Positions 1 through 8,299 are shown, counted from the first letter of the stretch. The stretch is 64,000 nt of DNA from Gammaproteobacteria bacterium (GCA_965221695.1 OZ244905.1:32001-96000); one strand, 5' to 3'. Notes: generated by a model from the sequence alone, not told the origin. Numbers and translations are program-made.

Positions 1-2
1 GC

Positions 3-809
3 CTGGCGGAATTACAACAGAAACATTGTTTGCCGACGTTGCGCACAGAAGTCTGGAACGGTTTTATATTCATTAATATGGATGGCCAGGCCAAGCCGCT
101 GGCGCCGCGCTTGAAACGTCTTACCAAGGAAATTGAGAACCATAAGCTTGCTGAGATGGGTGGCGTGCCTACCGTGGACTGGGGGCCAAGCCCGTGGAAC
201 TGGAAGTTCATGCACGAAAATGCGATAGAACCCCACCACACCTGGTACCTGCACAAGGGTCCCCATGATTTTGCCCCCTCCACGCTGGCCACGTTTGCCG
301 AATGGGACGATTTTGATGATGGCGCTATCTACCATCCCACCGGATTCCTGGAATTGGACGGTAATTTTACCGCTGCATTTCATTGTCTGTTCCCGGTGAT
401 CGAGGGATTAACCGAAAATGAACGCAAGCGGGTGATGTTTGCGTGTATTCTACCCAACCTGTTCTTCGGCTGTGTGCCCGACGGCTGTTTTTATTACTGC
501 ATTTTACCTCAGGGCGCCAACGCCATGACCATACGGGTTGGTTTTATCTATCCCAAATCCACGTTGCGGATGGATAATTTCGATATTATCTTTGAGTCTG
601 TTGTGCATGGTCTGACAACGCTGAATGATCAGGATACCGGGGCCAATACCAACACTCACAGAGGATTGCGTTCACGTTTTGCGCCACGCGGACGCTATGC
701 GCCAAAAGAGGCGACATTGCCGCAATTCAACCGCTGGCTGATAACCCGCTACAAGGCTTATGCGGCGGAACTTCAAGGGCGCAAGCAAAGAGGGAGGCGG
801 GTAGCCTGA
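3..809 (+). CDS. Rieske non-heme iron oxygenase alpha subunit, C-terminal catalytic (SRPBCC) domain; 5'-truncated by window edge
   Basis: Frame is open from base 3. It shows 'EVWNGFIFIN', 'WNWKFMHENAIEPHHTWYLH' (mononuclear Fe motif E/D-x2-H-x4-H) and a C-terminal 'NDQD' Asp ligand with 'RGLRS', resembling choline/carnitine monooxygenase-type alpha subunits. Confidence 0.85.
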   Translation: MAELQQKHCLPTLRTEVWNGFIFINMDGQAKPLAPRLKRLTKEIENHKLAEMGGVPTVDWGPSPWNWKFMHENAIEPHHTWYLHKGPHDFAPSTLATFAEWDDFDDGAIYHPTGFLELDGNFTAAFHCLFPVIEGLTENERKRVMFACILPNLFFGCVPDGCFYYCILPQGANAMTIRVGFIYPKSTLRMDNFDIIFESVVHGLTTLNDQDTGANTNTHRGLRSRFAPRGRYAPKEATLPQFNRWLITRYKAYAAELQGRKQRGRRVA

Positions 810-903
810 TTCCCGTTGCTGTCCATTACACCTGATAATTCAGAGACTGTGAGGATTGATCAGAAACATTCGTATAGCGAGTCGACAAAAAGGTAATCAT
901 TCG

Positions 904-1650
904 ATGAGTAATGAACTTCAGGAAATCAAGGGACTACTGGAAAAACTGGACGTCAAACTGGGCCGCCTGGAGGATGTGGATGCGATACGGCGGCTTATCG
1001 TCACATACGCCAGGGGGTGCGATCGTGGCAATGACCCGGAAATTATCGGTCCTTGTTTTGCAGAGGACGGTTCCTGGGAATGCAAGGGTTTCGGCAGATA
1101 CCAGGGCCGTGAGCGGTTGGCAAAAGGACTGCGCGGGATAGCCGGCGAGAAAATCTGGTGGTCGTTGCACTACATGATCTCCCCCCTGATAGATATTGCC
1201 CCGGATGGCAACAGCGCCACCGTCTTCTGGTATCTGTGGGAATCGGCAACAGCGCCCAACCCGCACACCGATGAAGCGGAGCCACACTGGATTGGCGGCA
1301 CCTATGACTGCGAGTGTGTAAAACAGGATGGGCGCTGGCTGTTCCAGTCCATGGAGTTGAAGCTGAACATGGTGAGCCCCTACGACGAAGGCTGGGTAAA
1401 AGCCAAATTTTTAGATGGCAGCCGCAACTCCCCATACCTGATGAACTTGGAGCAAGGCGAGTATTACTGGTGCGCCTGCGGTCGATCGAAAAAACAGCCG
1501 TTCTGCGACGGATCCCACACGCAAACAAAACGCGAGCCGGTTAAGTTTGAACTGGACGAGTCCCAACATGTGGCCTTGTGCGGTTGCAAATACTCTAAGA
1601 CCAAACCCTGGTGTGACGGGTCACATTTGAAACTCAACCTGGATAAATAA
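904..1650 (+). CDS. SnoaL/NTF2-like (LinA/scytalone dehydratase-like) domain fused to two CDGSH 2Fe-2S domains
   Basis: N-terminal 'LEDVDAIRRLIVTYARGCD...F..DG.W...SLHY...GGTYD..CVKQDGRWLF' is a SnoaL_4 pattern. C-terminal 'WCACGRSKKQPFCDGSH' and 'LCGCKYSKTKPWCDGSH' are two CDGSH motifs. ATG 904 chosen as start. Confidence 0.85.
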   Translation: MSNELQEIKGLLEKLDVKLGRLEDVDAIRRLIVTYARGCDRGNDPEIIGPCFAEDGSWECKGFGRYQGRERLAKGLRGIAGEKIWWSLHYMISPLIDIAPDGNSATVFWYLWESATAPNPHTDEAEPHWIGGTYDCECVKQDGRWLFQSMELKLNMVSPYDEGWVKAKFLDGSRNSPYLMNLEQGEYYWCACGRSKKQPFCDGSHTQTKREPVKFELDESQHVALCGCKYSKTKPWCDGSHLKLNLDK

Positions 1651-1812
1651 TCATAATGCGTTTCAGACACGGAGAGCACAGAGGATTTTGCGCCACGAGG
1701 AACACAGAACCAGGGTCGCGCCGTTCCCACCCCCGTTCAGTGTCATTGGGGGCAGGCTGAAAAGTGGGCGCTCAGTCAAACCCTGTGTCGCCGGAGGCGA
1801 CACATCATAATT

Positions 1813-3468
1813 ATGGTAAGTAGAAGAGATTTCCTCAAGACTTCACTCCTGGCCACTGGCGCCCCCCTGGCCGCGCGCGGTGTCGCGACTCAAGATTTCC
1901 CTGCAAAACCTTTGCCTGGTACCCTGACGCTTACCGAGTTTAACCAGGCTGTCGCAGAATTGCGCAAAGCAGTTGGTGACCGTTGGGTGTTTACCGATGA
2001 TGAAACGGAACTGAGAACATACCGGGATGTTTATTCAACCACGCCTGATGAAGCGCACATGCCGGCTGCTGCGGTTGCGCCCAGGAGCGTCGAAGAGATA
2101 CAGGCCATCCTTAAGGTAGCCCGGGATTATCGCATCCCTCTCTGGACTATCTCCAGGGGCAAGAATTATGCTTATGGCGGGCCGGCGCCGATGAAACCCG
2201 GCTATTTTGTCCTCGATTTGAACCGCATGAAGCGTATCATTGAAGTGAATGAAGAGCATGGCTATGCGGTGGTTGAACCGGGAGTGAGTTATTTTGACCT
2301 GTATAACCATTTGCGGCAGCGAGGCAGCAAACTGTGGATAGATCCGGCGGCCCCCGGCTGGGGTAGCGTCCTGGGCAATCTATCCGAACACGGCGCGGGT
2401 TACACCCCTTATGGCGATCACCTGCTGATGAATTGCGGAATGCAGGTGATCCTGGCAGACGGCACGGTGGTTGACACCGGTATGGGCGCACTGACCGGAG
2501 CGGCGACATCCAGTCTGTACAAATATGGTTGTGGCCCATGGGTCGAGGGTATGTTTACCCAGTCAAATTTCGGCATCATAACCAAGGCGGGAATCTGGTT
2601 GATGCCGGAGCCACCCGGATACCGGCCGTACCTGGTGACTTTTCCTCGAGAGGAAGACCTCTACCAGATCACTGAGGTAGTAGGCCCGCTGCGACTCAAT
2701 ATGTTGATACCCAATGCCGCGACCACGGTAGGCCTGATCTGGGAAGCCGCGCCCCGGGTAACCCGGAAGCAGTATTACACCGGCGCCGGCCCCATGCCTA
2801 TGCGTCACCGTCAGAAGATGGCAGAGGATTTGAACATCGGTATGTGGAATTTCTACGGCGCCTTGTACGGACCGAAGCCGATTATGGATAACAACTGGAA
2901 AATCCTGGAAGAAGCTTTTCGCAGCATCCGCGGCGCCCGTTTTTTCTTTGAAGGAGACCGGCCTGGCGATCCGGCCTGGCGTTACCGGGCGCAGCTCATG
3001 CGCGGCACACCGAACATGACAGAGTTCAGCCTGATGAACTGGGTAGGCAGTGGCGCGCATATTGATTTTTCACCCCGCTCGCCGGTAACCGGCGAAGATT
3101 CAATGCGGCAGTTCACCCTGATCAAGGATCGGGCGAACGAATACGGTTTCGATTACATTGGTGAGTTCCTGGTAGGCTGGCGCGAACTTCTGAATATCTT
3201 TCAACTGGTGTTCGATCGTCTGAATGATGATGAGCGGCGGCGCGCGCATGACTGTTTTGGCCATCTAATCGACGATTTTGCCGAGCACGGTTATGGCGAG
3301 TATCGCACTCACCTTGACTTTATGGATCAGATCGCCGGAACCTACAACTGGAATGACGGCGCCCTGTGGAAATTGCATCACAGGCTGAAACAGGCGTTGG
3401 ATCCTATTGGCATTCTGTCTCCAGGCAAGAGCGGTATCTGGCCGGCGCCACAGAACAGACTTGGTTAG
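1813..3468 (+). CDS. Tat-exported VAO/p-cresol methylhydroxylase (PchF/EUGO-like) family flavoprotein
   Basis: Twin-arginine 'SRRDFLK'; 'SRGKNYAYGGPAP', 'VEPGVSYFDLY', 'GYTPYGDH', 'GMFTQSNFGIITK.GIWLMP', 'GAHIDFSP', 'GYGEYRTH', 'LDPIGILSPGKSGIWP'. Confidence 0.9.
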   Translation: MVSRRDFLKTSLLATGAPLAARGVATQDFPAKPLPGTLTLTEFNQAVAELRKAVGDRWVFTDDETELRTYRDVYSTTPDEAHMPAAAVAPRSVEEIQAILKVARDYRIPLWTISRGKNYAYGGPAPMKPGYFVLDLNRMKRIIEVNEEHGYAVVEPGVSYFDLYNHLRQRGSKLWIDPAAPGWGSVLGNLSEHGAGYTPYGDHLLMNCGMQVILADGTVVDTGMGALTGAATSSLYKYGCGPWVEGMFTQSNFGIITKAGIWLMPEPPGYRPYLVTFPREEDLYQITEVVGPLRLNMLIPNAATTVGLIWEAAPRVTRKQYYTGAGPMPMRHRQKMAEDLNIGMWNFYGALYGPKPIMDNNWKILEEAFRSIRGARFFFEGDRPGDPAWRYRAQLMRGTPNMTEFSLMNWVGSGAHIDFSPRSPVTGEDSMRQFTLIKDRANEYGFDYIGEFLVGWRELLNIFQLVFDRLNDDERRRAHDCFGHLIDDFAEHGYGEYRTHLDFMDQIAGTYNWNDGALWKLHHRLKQALDPIGILSPGKSGIWPAPQNRLG

Positions 3469-3481
3469 TTACGGGAGGAAA

Positions 3482-3931
3482 ATGTTTGTTGTCAAAGAGA
3501 GACGGACGCTACAGCCCAGAGTAAAAATGATATTTTTTACTCTGGGCCGCAGTGTCTCACTACTCTTTGTGGCTTCTCTGTTAGCGCTGTCGTCCGGCTG
3601 CGGTAATGATGGACCTGCCAGTTCGGAAAAGCCGGCGCTGGCGAGCAACATTCCCGACACAATGGAGGATGTCCATGACGGCAGAACATTGTTCGAGTTG
3701 CACTGCATTGCTTGTCACGGCGCAGGGGCAGGCTATCCGGGAACCATGCGTTTGCAGGAAAGAGTGGGCGAGCAACAGGCTGCGCTATTGGACCGGGATA
3801 ACCTCCCGCCTGACTATATAAAACTTGTGGTGCGGGAAGGGTTTAAACTGATGCCGCCTTTTCGACCCAGTGAGTTGTCCGACGAGCAGTTGCATGAGCT
3901 GGCTGCTTATATAGCTGGAGAGGTTGACTGA
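3482..3931 (+). CDS. c-type cytochrome lipoprotein (PchC-like partner of the flavoprotein)
   Basis: GGAGG RBS before ATG 3482, hydrophobic leader with lipobox-like LSSGC, a single CIACH heme motif, and 'VREGFKLMPPFRPSELSD' carrying the axial Met as in PchC. Confidence 0.85.
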   Translation: MFVVKERRTLQPRVKMIFFTLGRSVSLLFVASLLALSSGCGNDGPASSEKPALASNIPDTMEDVHDGRTLFELHCIACHGAGAGYPGTMRLQERVGEQQAALLDRDNLPPDYIKLVVREGFKLMPPFRPSELSDEQLHELAAYIAGEVD

Positions 3932-5415
3932 TGGATATGGAAACGGTCACCCTGTCGGCGCAGGCACGCGCGATAGCCGAACGAGTGCGGAACTTGCGCG
4001 ATTATCTCGACTTGCTGGCCGAACACGGACAGTGTATCACCTGGCCGGAGACAGTCATGCCCGAGCCCGATATCCGCAAGGTCGTGGTTGCAGCGGGACG
4101 CGATGCATTGGCGGGGCCGGCCATACTGTTTGATCGGATACACGGTTATCCGGGTAAACGACTCGTTGTCGGCGTACACGGCAGTTTCTCCAATATTGCC
4201 CTGTTGCTGGGCAAACCAAAAGGCGCCGTTGTTAAAGAATTGTTCTACGAACTAGCTGGACGCTGGGGTTCAGCGCGGCCGCTGATCAACAGGGTGGAAC
4301 CCGAACATGCGCCGGCGCTTGAGAACCGGGTCGAAACAGGCATCAACTTGTATGACTTGTTGCCGCTATATCGCATCAATGCCATGGATGGCGGATTTTA
4401 CATTGCCAAGGCCAATGTGGTCAGCCGTGATCCTCGCGACCCGGACAATTTTGCCAAACAGAATGTGGGAATTTACCGGATACAAGTACACGGTCCGGAC
4501 AAAATAACCGTTTTATCCGTTGCGTCTCATGATTTGGCGCAACAGATCCGCATGGCTGAAACGGATGACGCGCCGCTGGATATTGCCGTGATGATTGGCA
4601 ACCATCCAGCCATGGCCATGTTTGCCGCGACTCCTGTCAACTACAACGAATCGGAGTATGCCTATGCCTCACAAATGATGGGAAGCGCTATTGAACTGAC
4701 CCGGTCCGGCAACGGGTTGGACATCCTGGCTGGCTCGGAGATGGTCATAGAGGCGCGCTTGATGAACAACCAGCGTAACCTGGAAGGGCCGTTTGGTGAA
4801 TTCCCGGGCAGCTACAGCGGCATCTGGCAAGTACCGCTGTTCCAGGTTACCGCAGTTTCATTTCGAACTAATCCCATCTTTGAGAACATCTATATCGGTA
4901 AAGGTTGGACTGAACACGACACCCTGATTGGCCTGAACACCAGCGCCCCCATTTATGCCCAGTTAAAGCAAAGTTTCCCGGAAGTCGTGGCAGTGAATGC
5001 CTTGTACCAGCATGGTCTCACCGGGATTATCTCAGTGAAGAACCGCTTTGCCGGGTTTGCAAAGTCGGTGGCTATGCGCGCCCTGGGCACGCCACACGGT
5101 TTGATGTACCTGAAAAATCTCATCCTGGTGGATGATGATGTTGACCCGTTCGACCTCAACCAGGTGATGTGGGCGCTGTCCACGCGCACCCGCGCCAACG
5201 ACATCATCGTGATTCCGAACATGCCCATGGTAATCATCGACCCGGCCGCGGAAATTCCGGGCAAGGGTCATCGTCTCATCATCGATGCTACCAGTTTTAT
5301 GCCGCCGGACCCGGCCGGCGCCGATGTGAAGATCGTGGCGCCGCCGAGGGGGCCTGAAATTGATGAATTGGCAAGCTTCATTCAACAACTGCAAAAAGAG
5401 GCGGAAAACCGATGA
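3931..5415 (+). CDS. bsdC: UbiD-family prFMN-dependent (hydroxyarylic acid) decarboxylase, BsdC/VdcC-like
   Basis: 'DGGFYIAKA', 'QNVGIYRIQV', 'EGPFGEFPGSYSG', 'WTEHDTL', 'VDDDVDPFDLNQVMWALSTR', 'LIIDAT'; overlaps a BsdD-like gene. Confidence 0.85.
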   Translation: MDMETVTLSAQARAIAERVRNLRDYLDLLAEHGQCITWPETVMPEPDIRKVVVAAGRDALAGPAILFDRIHGYPGKRLVVGVHGSFSNIALLLGKPKGAVVKELFYELAGRWGSARPLINRVEPEHAPALENRVETGINLYDLLPLYRINAMDGGFYIAKANVVSRDPRDPDNFAKQNVGIYRIQVHGPDKITVLSVASHDLAQQIRMAETDDAPLDIAVMIGNHPAMAMFAATPVNYNESEYAYASQMMGSAIELTRSGNGLDILAGSEMVIEARLMNNQRNLEGPFGEFPGSYSGIWQVPLFQVTAVSFRTNPIFENIYIGKGWTEHDTLIGLNTSAPIYAQLKQSFPEVVAVNALYQHGLTGIISVKNRFAGFAKSVAMRALGTPHGLMYLKNLILVDDDVDPFDLNQVMWALSTRTRANDIIVIPNMPMVIIDPAAEIPGKGHRLIIDATSFMPPDPAGADVKIVAPPRGPEIDELASFIQQLQKEAENR

Positions 5416-5654
5416 ATTGCCCGCGCTGCAATGCGGATGAGGCGAGCCGCCGCACCGAGTTCCAGGGCAGGGAAGGGGAGGAGATAGTCTGGACCATCTA
5501 TTATTGCCGGCGCTGCTGTTTTACCTGGCGCGACACAGAACCGACCGAATCCATAGATTATGCGCAACGTGACGTCTGGTTCCGTGCCGACCCGGACCAC
5601 CCGGAAAAGTATCGGCACAACATACCGCCGGCAAAACCAGACGAATGTCGTTGA
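5412..5654 (+). CDS. bsdD: Non-oxidative hydroxyarylic acid decarboxylase subunit D (BsdD/VdcD-like)
   Basis: 80 aa, 'MNCPRC...VWTIYYCRRCCFTWRDTEP...IPP'; ATGA overlap with the UbiD gene. Confidence 0.85.
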   Translation: MNCPRCNADEASRRTEFQGREGEEIVWTIYYCRRCCFTWRDTEPTESIDYAQRDVWFRADPDHPEKYRHNIPPAKPDECR

Positions 5655-5701
5655 AACACCGTATGTTACGAGGTAAAAAAAGCATAACTATATAACATCG
5701 C

Positions 5702-7147
5702 ATGTCATACCAACTGATCAAAAAATTAAGAAAAGAACTGGGTAGAGACGCGGTCTTGTCAGGCCCTGATGCGCTCACAGCGGGAGGATATTTGCAGGTG
5801 GTGGGTAAGACGCCGGTCGGCGTGGTGTTGCCGGCGGACATTGAACAGTTGCGGGCGATACTGGCCATAGCTTCTGAAAGTAATGTGTCGTTATGGGTTC
5901 TGCCCAATACCGCCGCAAATGGAGGTATAGTCAGTTCCGCAACGGATAAGGATATCCTGGTCATCGATCAATCCCGAATGAACAGGATCGTGGAGGTCAA
6001 CGCCAAGGGCGCTTTCGCGCTGGTTGAACCGGGCGTGAGTTATATTCAACTGTATGACTATCTGCAGGAGAACAATACAGGCCTGTGGGTGGACTGCGAC
6101 AGGAACGGGCTGAATTCGGTTTCCGGCAGCATCAGCGCAAGAGAGTTTGGCTACACTGCCTACGGTGACCATACCATGATGCAGTGCGGCATGGAAATCA
6201 TGCTGGCTGACGGCGAGCTGGTGCGCCTGGGCATGGGGGCCATGCCGAAAAGCAACACCTGGCAACTTGCTAAATATGCCTATGGCCCTTATCTCGATGG
6301 CTTGTTTACCCAATCCGGTCTGGGTATCGTAACCAAAATGGGTGTATGGCTGATGCCGGAACCGCCGGCATACCAGCCTTTTGCAGTAACCCTGAAGGGC
6401 GATAGTGATCTTGCCCAGGCCATTGAGATATTGCGTTCGCTCAAGGTCAACGTCATTATTCCGAACACAGTTGTAATCAGCAATACCATCCTGGATGCTG
6501 CGCCTTATGCCGCGCGGGAGGATTTTGTTGACGGCATGAAAGTCGACACCAGGCGGCTGGCTGCCTGGCATGGCTTGGGTCAGTGGACCCTGTACGGCGC
6601 CTTGTATAATACGCCGCCCAACATCGATGTTCTATGGCCGATGGCGCGCAGCGCATTCTCCGGCATTCAGGGCGCAACGGTACTCGATCTGAAAACCCAA
6701 GCCGGCAATTCGGTTCTTTCCGGCAGGGAGGCGATGATGCGCGGTCGCCCCTCTGCAGCATTCAATTACCTCAATAACTGGTCTGGTGAAGCGTACCTTT
6801 ATGCTGGATTTGTCTCCACTATTGACGGGCGGCAGGCTTTAAAGATGAATAAACTGGCCGGCGATACGGTACGCAGCAGCGGCTTCGATTATCTGACGGA
6901 ATACGCTGTTGGCTGGCGTTCCATTATTCAGCGGGTATATCTGCCCTATCAACGCGCCACAGCATCCAAGGCGGCTGCGTGTCTTGACGCGCTCATCGAA
7001 GCGATGGCGAAACGGGGATTCGGAGTCAGTCAGATCAGCGCTGGCTACCTGGATAATGCTCTGACTCGTTACGATAACGTCGGCATGGCTGAACTACGCA
7101 GCAGGCTCAAGCAGGCTCTGGACCCCAGCCACCTGTTTGCCGGATAG
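5702..7147 (+). CDS. Second VAO/PchF-family FAD-binding protein, divergent, no signal peptide
   Basis: 'RMNRIVEVN', 'VEPGVSY', 'GYTAYGDH', 'CGMEIMLADG', 'YGPYLDGLFTQSGLGIVTKMGVWLMPEP', 'LKQALDP'; lacks several motifs of the first copy. Confidence 0.85.
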   Translation: MSYQLIKKLRKELGRDAVLSGPDALTAGGYLQVVGKTPVGVVLPADIEQLRAILAIASESNVSLWVLPNTAANGGIVSSATDKDILVIDQSRMNRIVEVNAKGAFALVEPGVSYIQLYDYLQENNTGLWVDCDRNGLNSVSGSISAREFGYTAYGDHTMMQCGMEIMLADGELVRLGMGAMPKSNTWQLAKYAYGPYLDGLFTQSGLGIVTKMGVWLMPEPPAYQPFAVTLKGDSDLAQAIEILRSLKVNVIIPNTVVISNTILDAAPYAAREDFVDGMKVDTRRLAAWHGLGQWTLYGALYNTPPNIDVLWPMARSAFSGIQGATVLDLKTQAGNSVLSGREAMMRGRPSAAFNYLNNWSGEAYLYAGFVSTIDGRQALKMNKLAGDTVRSSGFDYLTEYAVGWRSIIQRVYLPYQRATASKAAACLDALIEAMAKRGFGVSQISAGYLDNALTRYDNVGMAELRSRLKQALDPSHLFAG

Positions 7148-7279
7148 TTATCATTTCCGTTTTCACGAGGTTAGCCCGAATATCTCACCGATTCGCTTGT
7201 CAGCATCAGATAGATGTTTGCTGTCAATAAGTTATGGTAATCTGTCGAGTATGTTGCCATTACACACTGCGCTTGATGC

Positions 7280-7355
7280 GTTCATTGCGTCCATCCCTGG
7301 ACGCAACCCTGCGGGCGACCTTCGTCGTGCAAATCGGCTGTCCTGCCGATTTGTC
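7280..7355 (+). repeat. Four-hairpin module, copy 1 (inside MITE B)
   Basis: TTGCGTCCA-tccc-TGGACGCAA / CCC-tgc-GGG / CGAC-cttc-GTCG / CAAATCGGC-tgtcct-GCCGATTTG. Confidence 0.85.
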
Positions 7356-7386
7356 TCGCTGGTCTTTTTTGCGTTAGCGGGCACAT

Positions 7387-7462
7387 GTTCATTGCACACA
7401 TCCCTGTGTGCAACCCTGCGGGCGGCCTTCGCCGTGCAAATCGTCTATCCTGACGATTTGTC
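7387..7462 (+). repeat. Four-hairpin module, copy 2 (inside MITE B)
   Basis: TTGCACACA-tccc-TGTGTGCAA / CCC-tgc-GGG / CGGC-cttc-GCCG / CAAATCGTC-tatcct-GACGATTTG; direct repeat of 7280-7355. Confidence 0.85.
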
Positions 7463-7516
7463 CCTCAACCAGAAGAACCACTATGCTTTCGGTCGCGAGC
7501 GCCCGCGTACTGACGC

Positions 7517-7585
7517 ACAAATCCGCCTGGAGCGGATTTGGACATCCGAAGGATGCCCGAAGGGGGCGCCCCACGGATGGGGCGC
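7517..7585 (-). repeat. Four-hairpin module, copy 3, inverted and more diverged
   Basis: Reverse complement reads GCGCCCCA-tccg-TGGGGCGC / CCC-ttc-GGG / CATCC-ttc-GGATG / CAAATCCGC-tccag-GCGGATTTG. Confidence 0.75.
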
Positions 7586-7671
7586 ATCAAAAAATCCTCA
7601 GCGATCATCACATCAATCGGTGAGATATTCGGGTTAGTTGTACGGCAAAAGCGTCAAGGATGGCTTTTTTA

Positions 7672-7700
7672 GGAACCTCTGAGCAAGTCTCAGCGGTTCC
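7672..7700. repeat. Solo terminal hairpin related to MITE family A
   Basis: GGAACCTCTGAGCAAGTCTCAGCGGTTCC has the GGAACCTCTGA...TCAG(A)GGTTCC ends of family A. Confidence 0.6.
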
Positions 7701-7708
7701 AATATGTT

Positions 7709-8299
7709 TTATTCGGATTGCCCGGCAGTTTCCTTATTCACGCCGGCCCAGCGCTTGACGATACCGGGATCGATGTCAAACAGGTCCAGTACCCGTCCGA
7801 TACTGGCATTGACGATATCATCAATGGTCTGCGGCTTGTTGTAGAATGCCGGGATAGGCGGCGCAATGATTGCCCCGAGCAGCGATACGTCGTAGAACAG
7901 TTTGCAGTGCCCCGTGTGCAGCGGGGTCTCGCGGGGCATGATCACCAGACGCCTGCGCTCTTTGAGCGCCACATCAGCAGCCCGTACCAGCAGGTTATCG
8001 GCATAGGAATGGGTGATTGCAGAAAGGGTGCGCATAGAACAGGGGGCAACGATCATGCCGTCGGTTTTGAAAGAGCCGCTGGAAATGCTGGCTGCAATGT
8101 CCTTGATATTGTGTGTCACGTTCGCCAGGCCCTCCACGCTGCCAATGGTATGTTCCGTTTCAATGCCGATATTGAGTTTGGCTGCGCCGGTCATCACCAG
8201 GTGGGTTTCGATATCCGGCATAGCCGCCAGTACCTCAACCAGGCGGATGCCGTAAGGCAAACCGCTGGCGCCGGACATGCCGATGATTATGCGTTTCAT
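7709..8299 (-). CDS. ubiX: Flavin prenyltransferase UbiX
   Basis: 'MKRIIIGMSGASG', 'ASISSGSF', 'VAPCSMRTL', 'RAADVALKERRRLVIMPRETP', 'PPIPAFY'. Confidence 0.95.
   Translation of the reverse strand: MKRIIIGMSGASGLPYGIRLVEVLAAMPDIETHLVMTGAAKLNIGIETEHTIGSVEGLANVTHNIKDIAASISSGSFKTDGMIVAPCSMRTLSAITHSYADNLLVRAADVALKERRRLVIMPRETPLHTGHCKLFYDVSLLGAIIAPPIPAFYNKPQTIDDIVNASIGRVLDLFDIDPGIVKRWAGVNKETAGQSE

Larger units (their letters stand above)
7175..7633. mobile_element. MITE family B: 459-bp non-autonomous element with perfect 19-bp terminal inverted repeats and TTAG target duplication
   Basis: Left end CCCGAATATCTCACCGATT (7175-7193) is the exact reverse complement of AATCGGTGAGATATTCGGG (7615-7633). 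TTAG lies immediately outside both ends (7171-7174, 7634-7637). No credible ORF inside. Confidence 0.85.

Noticed and set aside
1725-1805. Possible riboswitch upstream of the flavoprotein (hairpin TGTGTCGCC-gga-GGCGACACA)
   Set aside because: Only one clear hairpin, and no match to a riboswitch consensus I can recognise.
7137-7637. 166-aa ORF spanning MITE B
   Set aside because: No recognisable motifs, and the substitution pattern follows base-pairing rather than codons.
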